Below, piece after piece: positions 18,485 to 27,962 of a DNA stretch of 64,000 nucleotides. The stretch is from Bacilli bacterium (GTDB lineage: Bacteria > Bacillota_I > Bacilli_A > RF39 > UBA660): the NCBI GenBank assembly GCA_017405445.1, contig JAFRAK010000007.1:28321-92320 (forward strand). The letters run 5' to 3'. A model generated the notes under the pieces. The model was not told where the DNA came from. It searched no databases and worked only from the letters and a program-made list of their open reading frames with translations. Position 1 is the first letter of the stretch, and every line of letters begins with the position of its first letter. The position numbers and the translations under genes are program-made.

Positions 18485-19792
18485 ATGAGAAAATATGAGT
18501 TACAATTTGATGATGAAAGTATTAAAGATACTATCCACTCTAATACTTTAAATAGAAATGATAAACTATTTAATTTAATAAGATTATTAAATAGTATGAA
18601 TGAAAATCATATTATTTCTATTGATGGTGGTTGGGGAAGTGGAAAAACTTTTTTTATAAAGCAACTTATATATTTAAAAAACAATCATAATGATTGTAAT
18701 TTTCTAAAGCAAGATGTTCATGATATTATTACTGAATTTAATGAAAAATATATAGTAGTTTATTATAACGCTTGGGAAAATGATGATCATAATGATCCGA
18801 TAGAATCAATTATTTATAATATATTAAATATTTTACCAAAGTACTCAGATACATTTATTGATACATCAGAGTTATTTGATTTAATAAAGAAATCCTGGAT
18901 GAATTTTATTGAAGTTTCATCACTAGGAATTGTTAAAACTGAAGATGTCAAAGAAATGAAAACTTTTTCTGATTTGGCAGATTCTGTTAATACAATAGAG
19001 GAAAAGAAAAATGCAGTTTTGACTTTGTTAAGTCATATTACTAAGTATAAAAGAATTCTTTTAATAATTGATGAGTTGGATAGATGTAAACCAGATTTTG
19101 CTGTTAAATCAATTGAAACCATAAAACATTTTTATGATAGTCCTAAAATAAGTACAATTTTTGTTACAAATAATAATCAGTTATCTAAGACAATAAAAAA
19201 ATTTTATGGTAATGAATTCGATGGATATAGTTATTTGAATAAAATATACGATGCAGTTATACCTTTACATTGTGATAATATTGAGCAATACTCTAAAAAG
19301 TATTTAGATATTAATCATAGTACTAATCTTCCTGAAGATGTTTCTATTTTTCTATTTAAACATTATAACCTTTCATATCGTGAATGTAATAAATATATGT
19401 CTATGTATAGGTTAATTGAGCCTTATATCCATTGGAAAGATAAATTTTCTGAAAATAATAGTAATATTGATATTTCATGTATATTTGTTCCTATAGCTAT
19501 TGCTTTAAAGGTAAAAGATATATACTTATATGAAAGATTTATACAAAATGATGCTTCAGATATCTTAAAGGAACTTTTTGATGATGATAAATTAAATAGC
19601 ACCAATGGTAATTTATATAGATGGTTTTGTGAAATCTTCAAAGTTAAAGAAGGAATGGAATTATCTAATAGAGTTGCTAATAGATATAAGGAAATATTTA
19701 GTGTAGATAATGTTTATGATTATAATAAATATCCTTATATGGAAGCTATATCTATGCTAGGTAATCTTATTCATATTGAAGATGATAAATAA
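18485..19792 (+). CDS. KAP-family P-loop NTPase
   Basis: Walker A ISIDGGWGSGKTFF. Walker B plus KAP signature LLIIDELDRCKPDFAVK. GGAGGTGA RBS. Confidence 0.8.
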   Translation: MRKYELQFDDESIKDTIHSNTLNRNDKLFNLIRLLNSMNENHIISIDGGWGSGKTFFIKQLIYLKNNHNDCNFLKQDVHDIITEFNEKYIVVYYNAWENDDHNDPIESIIYNILNILPKYSDTFIDTSELFDLIKKSWMNFIEVSSLGIVKTEDVKEMKTFSDLADSVNTIEEKKNAVLTLLSHITKYKRILLIIDELDRCKPDFAVKSIETIKHFYDSPKISTIFVTNNNQLSKTIKKFYGNEFDGYSYLNKIYDAVIPLHCDNIEQYSKKYLDINHSTNLPEDVSIFLFKHYNLSYRECNKYMSMYRLIEPYIHWKDKFSENNSNIDISCIFVPIAIALKVKDIYLYERFIQNDASDILKELFDDDKLNSTNGNLYRWFCEIFKVKEGMELSNRVANRYKEIFSVDNVYDYNKYPYMEAISMLGNLIHIEDDK

Positions 19793-19925
19793 TAATTTTT
19801 AGGTTCTATTTAGGTTCTATAAATAGTAAAAAATCTTAAAAAATAGTAAAAAATTATAATACAGAGGGTTAACGATTATATTGATTTAACAGGTTTTAAT
19901 AAGCAAAAGGTCTATTAAATCGCGA

Positions 19926-20000
19926 CCCCCTGAAGACACTGTCGAGAGACAGTGTCACTTTATTTTATAATAGTTTGTGAAACTTTATATTTTTTCAAAT
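19926..20000. repeat. Repeat R3 (copy of R1)
   Basis: CCCCCTGAAGACACTGTCGAGAGACAGTGTCACTTTATTTTATAA...gaaactttatattttttc. Confidence 0.85.
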
Positions 20001-20357
20001 ACTAATTAAAAAAATTCACATTTTATATGTGAAGTTTTTTATTATACTATTTTTTCTTTTTATTGTTAATTGTTACATATGCTATACTACCTAATAAAAG
20101 TGATATAGCAACAATCATTACACATATTAGTTTTAAATTATCTGTATTTTCATTTGACTCTTCAATCGTATCAAAACTCATATTCTTATATGATATTAAT
20201 GGATTATATTCTTCATCATTATTACTAGATCCTAATAATAGTCCATTATCTTCTTCATTACTATTTTTATAACATAATAAAAAACATTTTTATGATTATT
20301 GTCTTTGACATTTTAGATTGTTGTAAATATAATAGAAATTTATAGGGAGGATTTATT

Positions 20358-20678
20358 ATGTTAGGAGAAAACATAGTAGCAGCGGTTATCGATGTAGATT
20401 GTTATCAAAATACAGAAGAAGAAATAAAATACGGTGGACCTAAATACTTAGGTTTTGAGTTTTGGGTTAGAAAAAAAGAAAAAGAATTTATGACAGAGTA
20501 TGTTAGATGCATGTTACATGAATATAATGTACCGATTATCAATATAAGAAATACAAAATCAAAAATAGTGAATGAAACAGAACTACATACTTTAGATCAA
20601 ATAAGAGAAGTAATAGAAAATAACAAAGATCACATGTTTGAAGATTACAAGTATTATAGTAAAAAAAGATGCAAATAA
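20358..20678 (+). CDS. Hypothetical 106-aa cytoplasmic protein
   Basis: GGGAGG RBS. Followed by terminator. Confidence 0.55.
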   Translation: MLGENIVAAVIDVDCYQNTEEEIKYGGPKYLGFEFWVRKKEKEFMTEYVRCMLHEYNVPIINIRNTKSKIVNETELHTLDQIREVIENNKDHMFEDYKYYSKKRCK

Positions 20679-20687
20679 TGACTAATA

Positions 20688-20714
20688 AAAACAGATAAAA
20701 ATCTGTTTTTATTA
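20688..20714 (+). terminator. Rho-independent terminator
   Basis: AAAACAGATaaaaATCTGTTTT followed by T-rich. Confidence 0.65.
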
Positions 20715-20826
20715 TGGAATAGTTTAGTTATAAAGAAGTTTTATTGTAAATAATAGTAAACTTATAAAAATTAATTTACTATCAATTATTATTATGAGAT
20801 AATGACAATAGGAGGGTTGTGAAAAA

Positions 20827-23800
20827 ATGGTCGAAGACAATGGATTGATAGAGAATTCTAAAAATAAAGGATTCAAACAAAAGAAAATAAAAGAATTTTT
20901 AGATGAATATGCCGATAGTAATCTAAAATTTACAGATGAAAGAATAAAGTTATGTTCATCAGATGATTTTAATGAATTAGCTGATGTTTTTAAAAGTTTA
21001 CAAAAACAAAAACATGCTCCTATTATGATTAGTCAAGTAGGAGGTTTTTACGTTATGGCTTCTTTGGCAGGCCATGCAGCAGATAATAGTAGAACCAAAC
21101 CAGTTTTACTTTTTTTTGATAAAAAAACGAATAATATTGCCAATGCTATTTACAATACTTTGTTAATGCAAGCATGTGATACAAAAGAAAGATATATCGC
21201 AACTTTATTTGGATTAGATGATAAAGATATTATTATAAGTTTAGATGAAAATAAATATATTGATTATATTGTACAAGTATTTAAAGAAAAAGAAGATACT
21301 ACAAAAATTGATAAGAAAAGAATTACTATAAAAGCATTACGAAAATATAAAGAAAATAAAGAAGAATATGATGAAATCATTGCGAAAGAACATGATTTGG
21401 CTCATAGAGCTATGAGAGAATTAGAAGAAAACTTTAATATTGCGAATATAGAAAAATATGCTGAATCAAAAAAATATGATAAAGAAAAACATCTTAATAT
21501 CATCAATAAAGCAATTGAAGGAAAACTAAGTAAAGAACATAAAGCATTATTTGAACCAATTGCCAAATCTATGACAGATTATTTAGCTAAAGGAGAAAAC
21601 TATTACGACTTAGTCAATTATTTATCTAGAGATATTCAAAAGAATCAAGAAAATCATATTTTATGTAATGATGATATTTATGAAGGATATAAATCATTAA
21701 TTAGTAAAAAAGGACAATCATCCGTAAAATTTGTACCAGGAGTAGATATTTCTACAGAAGCCGGTATTAATAAATTAGAAAAAATACTAACAAATGAAGG
21801 CTTCATTAATAAAAATGATAAACCTAATAATTTCCCAATAGACATTGCTTTTTTACCACATATAGAGACATTCCAAGGAGCTTATCCTTTTATCAAGAAA
21901 AATGTAGAAAAATATATCAGAGTTAACCGTGAAAATGCTAATAATTTTTCAATGCATCCAACTGCTTCATTACATGTAAGAACATATGATAGTATAGGAG
22001 CTAATTTTATAGAAGAAGAAAGAAAAAGTAGAAAGCCATTAACGCATCTAACTCCAATTGAAAAACAAGAAAAAGGATTCCCATTACTTACATTTATCGC
22101 AGGTGCCAATATTGGTAATATTTATAATAGTGAAGTAGATTTACAAAATGTTATTGATATGGCAATTGCAGATAAAGTAGATACAGTTTATATTCAAGGA
22201 TTAATCTATTCTACATACTATCATAATCAAACCAATAGGAGATTACTAGTAGATCCTAAATATGAGACATTAGATCAAAGATTAAAAGCAGCAAAGAAAC
22301 TTGTAAAAAAATTAAATGATAATGGAATTAAAGTAGTCTATCAAATGGGTGATGAAGAATATCACTTATATGAAGATATGTTTAAGATTTATACAAGAGA
22401 ACAAGGTGTAAAAGGAAATGATTTCTTAAGAAGAGATGATTTAAAATCAGCTCATGATTGGGTTAGACCAATTATTATTCAAGAATTGATTCCATATTTA
22501 ATTCGTAGTGGAGAAGATTTAACCAATTTCTATACAGATGAAGAAAGAGAAACAAGAGTTACAGAACTATGTAATGCTTTAAAGAATTATAAAGAAGGAC
22601 TACCTTTAGGAGAACTAGCAAAATATATTAAACCCGAATTTCTAAAAGATACAGATATGTTTAGAGTTGTTTATTCTACAATAGATAGATATGATAAAGA
22701 CCCAGCATTATCTGTAAACATTTTAAGTAATCCAAATTTTTCCACAAATGCACAATATTCCAATCCAACAGGAGGAATAATTAAAAACTTAAAAATCTAT
22801 CAAACAGGGGCACTTGGAAGTGGAAAACTTGCCCAAACTCCACAATTATTTGTAGATGGAAGACAAGGTATGATGTCCATTTCTTATCGTGGTGATCAAG
22901 TAACGATGAATGTACCACAAATGATAGATGATGCCAAATATATAGAACATCCTGAATTATTGTCGGGAATTAAAGAACATATAACTTCTGATCCAACTCA
23001 TGCTAGAGTAACAAAAGGAAGTACTAGACCAAATTATCCAGGTTCTTGGACTATTACTGGAGATGCTCGTGAGAAAATGACAATAGTTCCATATTGGAAA
23101 AGAGCAAGAGAAGTAATGGATTATGTTAATAAAACAGGAAAAGGATTAGAAGAAATTGATGTATTCTATTTAAATGATATACAAGCAGGATCATTAACAG
23201 AAAGATTAGAATATACGTTAAAAGCATTAGATCATTTTTACTATGATTATCCTGCACCTAAAGGAATCTGGGGAAATGGAGATTTTCAACAAGGATGGAA
23301 TTATTCTTCATTTGCTAATGAATCTAGACATTTAGGAACAATGAGTGTAGCAGGGCAAATGGAAGACTTTATTAAACTAATTCGTCCATGGATGAGAGAA
23401 TCATTTGGAGTAATTGATCCAACAGTATTTGTAGGAAAATACCCAGATTATAAAATTGATAAAGAAACAGCCGCAAAGATTATGACTCATCTAAGTAGTG
23501 TAAATGTGATTGATTCTAATAAAGGAATTAATCATAATACAGATTTAATTAAAGATGGTGTTGATTATAAAAAAGTAGATTTAAAATTACCTCCAGATTT
23601 ACAACCATATGAAGATACAATTCGTGAAAAATTATCTAATATTAAATTATTAAAATTTATCCATCTAGCAGAAGGAAATCATGAATATAATTCTGATTGG
23701 GATAAAAAAGGATTTAATTTAATTAAACTATTACGTCAAGAATTAAATGGTATGAAGGATTATTCTGGAGCTGATACAGAAATAGCTTTAAGTGAATTTA

Positions 23801-24348
23801 TTATAAATAAAAGAGGAGATATCCTACAGGCACCTCATGGTAGTAAAACTGTAAATGGATATAATGTAGCATATAGTCATTTGTATAGAGCTGCAACAGG
23901 AGAAACTCCTACGAAAGGAATGTCTAAACATTTTGATCGGATGGGAGATTTATCAAATGAGGTTCATAGAGCTTTCATGGGACATTTACATGTATTTGAA
24001 ACATCTGTTATTGATAATAAACTATTTAGTATTACTGGTAGTGGAGCAGGACAAAGTGGTTTTGAACAAAACCTAGGCCTTGCTAGTAGACCATTATTTG
24101 TAATTGATAGATATTTACCAGATGGTAGAGTTGCTGTAGATACTATTGGTACTGAATTTTTAAAGAATTATAAAATTCAAAATCCAGTTGTAAAAGCAAT
24201 GGGACTTGAAAATTTCATTGATGCCTGTCTAACAGAAGAAGTAGGAGTATATGGATTTAATGGTACTCCAAAAGATATTCAACCAGTTCATCAAAGAAAA
24301 TTAGTGATTGCTGAACCAAATAAAATAGTAGGACCTAAAATAGACTAG
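20827..24348 (+). CDS. Large (1173 aa) cytoplasmic hypothetical protein. Weak C-terminal metallophosphoesterase-like motifs (GNHE ... GHLHVFE)
   Basis: Single uninterrupted ORF. No signal peptide or TM. GGAGGG RBS. Motif assignment is tentative. Confidence 0.6.
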   Translation: MVEDNGLIENSKNKGFKQKKIKEFLDEYADSNLKFTDERIKLCSSDDFNELADVFKSLQKQKHAPIMISQVGGFYVMASLAGHAADNSRTKPVLLFFDKKTNNIANAIYNTLLMQACDTKERYIATLFGLDDKDIIISLDENKYIDYIVQVFKEKEDTTKIDKKRITIKALRKYKENKEEYDEIIAKEHDLAHRAMRELEENFNIANIEKYAESKKYDKEKHLNIINKAIEGKLSKEHKALFEPIAKSMTDYLAKGENYYDLVNYLSRDIQKNQENHILCNDDIYEGYKSLISKKGQSSVKFVPGVDISTEAGINKLEKILTNEGFINKNDKPNNFPIDIAFLPHIETFQGAYPFIKKNVEKYIRVNRENANNFSMHPTASLHVRTYDSIGANFIEEERKSRKPLTHLTPIEKQEKGFPLLTFIAGANIGNIYNSEVDLQNVIDMAIADKVDTVYIQGLIYSTYYHNQTNRRLLVDPKYETLDQRLKAAKKLVKKLNDNGIKVVYQMGDEEYHLYEDMFKIYTREQGVKGNDFLRRDDLKSAHDWVRPIIIQELIPYLIRSGEDLTNFYTDEERETRVTELCNALKNYKEGLPLGELAKYIKPEFLKDTDMFRVVYSTIDRYDKDPALSVNILSNPNFSTNAQYSNPTGGIIKNLKIYQTGALGSGKLAQTPQLFVDGRQGMMSISYRGDQVTMNVPQMIDDAKYIEHPELLSGIKEHITSDPTHARVTKGSTRPNYPGSWTITGDAREKMTIVPYWKRAREVMDYVNKTGKGLEEIDVFYLNDIQAGSLTERLEYTLKALDHFYYDYPAPKGIWGNGDFQQGWNYSSFANESRHLGTMSVAGQMEDFIKLIRPWMRESFGVIDPTVFVGKYPDYKIDKETAAKIMTHLSSVNVIDSNKGINHNTDLIKDGVDYKKVDLKLPPDLQPYEDTIREKLSNIKLLKFIHLAEGNHEYNSDWDKKGFNLIKLLRQELNGMKDYSGADTEIALSEFIINKRGDILQAPHGSKTVNGYNVAYSHLYRAATGETPTKGMSKHFDRMGDLSNEVHRAFMGHLHVFETSVIDNKLFSITGSGAGQSGFEQNLGLASRPLFVIDRYLPDGRVAVDTIGTEFLKNYKIQNPVVKAMGLENFIDACLTEEVGVYGFNGTPKDIQPVHQRKLVIAEPNKIVGPKID

Positions 24349-24368
24349 AAAACTAGTCTTTTTTTATT
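24341..24368 (+). terminator. Rho-independent terminator overlapping stop codon
   Basis: AGACTAGaaaaCTAGTCT followed by T9. Confidence 0.7.
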
Positions 24369-24470
24369 AAAATAATCTATGATATAATAAAAATGATAAG
24401 GAGATATACTAAGGATTAAAAAAAGAAAAAGTAGAAATAAAAATAATAGAGAAAAAATAGAGAGGTTTAT

Positions 24471-25253
24471 ATGAAAAAAAGTTTAATAATAATAGGAATT
24501 ATATTATTAATAGGAATAGGAGTGATTATGATGGTATTATTAAAACCAAAAAAAGAAATAAATTCTATTAAATCATTAGAGTATAGAGAATCAGATGGAA
24601 GAAGTATGTATGGTGCGTTAGAATATACTTATCATTGTGGAAAAGATTGTACTCTAACCACAAAACCACAAGGAGTAAAGGATGAAGATGCTTTAAAAGT
24701 AGAAGTGACAGAGGAAGAACAAGAAGAATTATTAGAATTAGTAAAAAAATATAAAGTTGCTTCATGGGATGGGTTTAAAGGATCAGATAAATATGTATTA
24801 GATGGATCTAGTTTTACACTTTCAATAAAAACAAAAGATGATGTTACCATTGATGCTAGTGGATATATGAAATATCCAAGAAACTTTCATAATTTTATGA
24901 AGGAATTAGAAGAATTATTCGCAAGAATTAATCGAAAAAAACTATTTATCATATTTGATCATGAAAAATATAAAGACTTTAAAATTGAAAATGTATCAAA
25001 ACTAGTAATTACAAAAGAAACAGAAGGTGGATTAGATACAGAAGAAATTATAGAAAAAGAAGAAATTGAAAAGAAATATGATTATTGGAAACATATAGTA
25101 ATAGGACCAAAATGCTCTATGGCTTGTGAAGACAATACAACAATCTATAAATTTATCATGAATGATGGAAAAGAATATACAATTGAAAAGGAATGTGATT
25201 GGGTAATTATTGATAAAGATAGATATTATTATCAATATAGAAAGGATGTATAA
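24471..25253 (+). CDS. Membrane-anchored hypothetical protein (N-terminal TM, Cys-containing ectodomain)
   Basis: ORF with N-terminal hydrophobic helix IIIGIILLIGIGVIMMVLL. Confidence 0.55.
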   Translation: MKKSLIIIGIILLIGIGVIMMVLLKPKKEINSIKSLEYRESDGRSMYGALEYTYHCGKDCTLTTKPQGVKDEDALKVEVTEEEQEELLELVKKYKVASWDGFKGSDKYVLDGSSFTLSIKTKDDVTIDASGYMKYPRNFHNFMKELEELFARINRKKLFIIFDHEKYKDFKIENVSKLVITKETEGGLDTEEIIEKEEIEKKYDYWKHIVIGPKCSMACEDNTTIYKFIMNDGKEYTIEKECDWVIIDKDRYYYQYRKDV

Positions 25254-25254
25254 A

Positions 25255-25473
25255 ATGAATGGTTTTTCATGTTTAATGATAATATTTGGAGTTTTAATCT
25301 TTCTCGCCGGATTATACATTTATACAGGACATAAAAACCCAGTTCTATTATGGAAAGTATATAATCTAGATACGATTAGTAAAAAAGAACTTCAAAATAT
25401 CGGAAAATGGACAATGATTTCCAGTATTATTCCATTTCTACTATCCATATTAGGATTCTTTATAGAAGTTTAA
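25255..25473 (+). CDS. Small 2-TM membrane protein (72 aa)
   Basis: Starts 2 nt after previous stop. Two hydrophobic helices. Confidence 0.45.
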   Translation: MNGFSCLMIIFGVLIFLAGLYIYTGHKNPVLLWKVYNLDTISKKELQNIGKWTMISSIIPFLLSILGFFIEV

Positions 25474-25597
25474 AAATTATTATAAGACTAAATAAAACTT
25501 TTATATTATTACATTTAAAAGTTATATTTACCTTTTTAATAATATTGACTAATCATAATAGCTATTTTATAATCATATTAAAGATAGGAGAAGTATT

Positions 25598-26277
25598 ATG
25601 AATAATAACGAAATTAATGAGAGTGAACAAAATCAAAATATCATGACAGAAGGGAATCAAACACCACAAGTCCCTTTAACAAATTCAAATAATGAAAAAG
25701 GAAAAAATAATAATGTTATTCCAATTGTTCTATTAGTTTTAATAGTTGCAGTAGGGGCATTTATAGTATTTATGAATAAAGATAAATGGTTCAATACAAA
25801 AACAATAAAGAATTTAAATACAGAAGAAAAATCAAATAAAGAAAAAGAAAAACAAACAATTAACAGCGATGAAACCAAAGAAGAAAAAACAGAACGTCAA
25901 CCGAAACTTCTACAAATCAAGAAACGAAAACATCAACCGAAACTTCTGCAAATCAAGAAACACAAACACCTACTGAACCTTCTACACCTCAAGAATCACA
26001 ACCTGCTTCTGACCCTGAACCAACACCTACAGTGAATGAAATTGAAGAAATACCAGGAACAACCTTATATCTATATTCAGATGGTTCTATAGGAATGGAT
26101 GGAATGAATTTTGAATATGTAAGTTCAAATTCAGGTGTATTGAATGTTAATATAACAATTAATGGTAGTACAAAAAACTATAATCTTCCAATTGGACAAG
26201 AAACAAAAATTGATAATTTAAAAAATCCCATTCTAGTGGAAGCGGAAGATGACTATTTTTTAATTAATTTTAGATAA
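25598..26277 (+). pseudogene. Frameshifted gene for an N-terminally anchored secreted protein with Thr/Glu/Pro-rich linker. A +1 shift at the A6 run 25884-25889 splits it into track ORFs 25598..26035 and 26032..26277
   Basis: Adding one A to the A6 run fuses both ORFs into one about 226-aa protein: ...EEKNRTSTETSTNQETKTSTETSANQETQTPTEPSTPQESQPASDPEPTPTVNEIEEIPG... Confidence 0.55.
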
Positions 26278-26390
26278 TATTGAAAAAATAAAAGAATTGT
26301 CAATAAATGACAATTTTTTTTGTATAAATATAATTATAAAGAAAAAGTATTATAGAATATGTTATAATAATAACTTTGAGGAGGAATAAT

Positions 26391-26903
26391 ATGTCAAAAT
26401 CATTACCTTACATAAATAATCTAGAAATATATAATGGAGCATTTATTACACCCTCTAATGCTATTATTTTAGTAAAAGATAAACATGATATTACAGCAAA
26501 AAAGTATTGTGAAGGAGAAAACGAGCAATCATCTCAATTAAGTATAAAAGAACAAGAACTATATGAATATTGGAAAAATTATAATAAATGGAGAAAAAAT
26601 AATAGAGAAACAGATTTTTTAATCACTGTCTTAGGATTTGATAAAATAGAAAATATTGTAAAGCATAGTATTATGACCTCTTCACTAGAACCCCATATTC
26701 GTTTTTATAATTATTTGTTAATGGATTGGACCATTAATTTACAAACTAGAGTTATATATAATCCAGACAAGAAAACATTTGAAAGACAATCTCTTAGTAG
26801 TTGGCATATAGGTAGTTTAGAAGAACAAGAAGCAAGAGAAGAAATCGAAGATATAAAAAAACGTGTAAAAAAAATAGATAGACCATTATTCTTTAAAAGC
26901 TAA
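26391..26903 (+). CDS. Hypothetical protein (about 170 aa)
   Basis: GAGGAGG RBS 6 nt upstream of ATG 26391. Confidence 0.55.
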   Translation: MSKSLPYINNLEIYNGAFITPSNAIILVKDKHDITAKKYCEGENEQSSQLSIKEQELYEYWKNYNKWRKNNRETDFLITVLGFDKIENIVKHSIMTSSLEPHIRFYNYLLMDWTINLQTRVIYNPDKKTFERQSLSSWHIGSLEEQEAREEIEDIKKRVKKIDRPLFFKS

Positions 26904-26963
26904 AATCTTTACAAAATAGAACTTTTATGATATAATACATAACCATTAAAGAGAGGGGTACGT

Positions 26964-27533
26964 ATGGAGAAAAAATTAAATTTATATTTAAATATAATAG
27001 AATCAGTTCTTATCTTTATATTAGTAGGAATGGGAACGATTCTTTATGTAAATCAAATAAGATTTGGAATGTTAGAGAAAAATCTAATTATTACAGGAAG
27101 TTTTATTTTAGAATTTTTATTAATTTCCATTGAATTATTTATTTTCTATAACTTAAAAAATAAATATAAATGGACTACGATGGTATTCTATTTATTAGAT
27201 TTTGTCTTATTATTTGTTATAGCAGCAAAAATACCATTCTATGGAATTATGATATTATTAATATTGAATATAACAAAGAACATTTTAAGAGTATTAAAAT
27301 TAGAAGAAATAAAAGATTTAAATCAATACTATAAAATATGTGAAACATTTAATATAAAAGTAAAAAAATCTACAAAGAAAAGAACAACTACATCTAAAGT
27401 TAGTGCTCCAAAGACTAAAAAAGAACCAACAAAAGTTCCAAAAACAACTACGAAAAAAGCACCTGATAAGAAAGCAACTTCAACAAAACCTAAAACAACA
27501 ACTTCTAAAAAAACAAGAAAAAGTTATGCTTAA
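26964..27533 (+). CDS. 4-TM membrane protein with Lys/Thr-rich (histone H1-like) C-terminal tail
   Basis: Hydrophobic helices then KKSTKKRTTTSKVSAPKTKKEPTKVPKTTTKKAPDKKATSTKPKTTTSKKTRK. Confidence 0.55.
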   Translation: MEKKLNLYLNIIESVLIFILVGMGTILYVNQIRFGMLEKNLIITGSFILEFLLISIELFIFYNLKNKYKWTTMVFYLLDFVLLFVIAAKIPFYGIMILLILNITKNILRVLKLEEIKDLNQYYKICETFNIKVKKSTKKRTTTSKVSAPKTKKEPTKVPKTTTKKAPDKKATSTKPKTTTSKKTRKSYA

Positions 27534-27596
27534 AACTACTATTCATAGTAGTTTTTTTATTTATTATGTTATAATAAAAAAGAATTAGGAGGATTT

Positions 27597-27962
27597 ATGA
27601 AGATATATAAATGTAAAAAATGTGGAAATTTAGTTTTAACTTTAAATGATAAAAATAGTATTACTTGTTGTGGAGAAGAAATGAAGGAGTTAGTCGCAAA
27701 TACAGAAGATGCTGCTTCAGAAAAGCATGTACCAGTAGTTTCTATTAATAATAATGAAGTAACTGTTAAATGTGGAGAAATGCCTCATCCAATGGAAGAA
27801 AAGCATTATATAGAATTTATTTGTATAGAAACAACAAAAGGAATTCAAATTCACTATTTAAAGCCAAATAATCAACCAGAAACATCTTTTACTCTAATAG
27901 AAGGAGAAGAACTATTAAGCGCTTATGCTTATTGTAATTTACATGGATTATGGAAGAAATAG
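27597..27962 (+). CDS. dfx: Desulfoferrodoxin (superoxide reductase)
   Basis: N-terminal desulforedoxin CKKCGN...CCGE plus neelaredoxin-type EKHVPV...H..E..C.LHGLW centre. Confidence 0.85.
   Translation: MKIYKCKKCGNLVLTLNDKNSITCCGEEMKELVANTEDAASEKHVPVVSINNNEVTVKCGEMPHPMEEKHYIEFICIETTKGIQIHYLKPNNQPETSFTLIEGEELLSAYAYCNLHGLWKK

Noticed and set aside
16402-20000. Whether the three hairpin repeats are a CRISPR array
   Set aside because: Only three copies. Intervening segments are 575 bp and 2.8 kb and contain genes and promoters. No cas genes. Repeats are not evenly spaced.
20047-20181. Minus-strand 44-aa ORF MSFDTIEESNENTDNLKLICVMIVAISLLLGSIAYVTINNKKKK (and the overlapping + strand track ORF 20063..20272)
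   Set aside because: No Shine-Dalgarno and no recognisable promoter. The + strand track ORF is low-complexity with no RBS. Both are kept as unsupported.
20827-24348. Calling the 1173-aa protein a calcineurin-like phosphoesterase
   Set aside because: Only GNHE and GHxH-like motifs are present. Motifs I and II (GDxHG, GDxxDRG) are not found at the expected spacing. It stays annotated as hypothetical.
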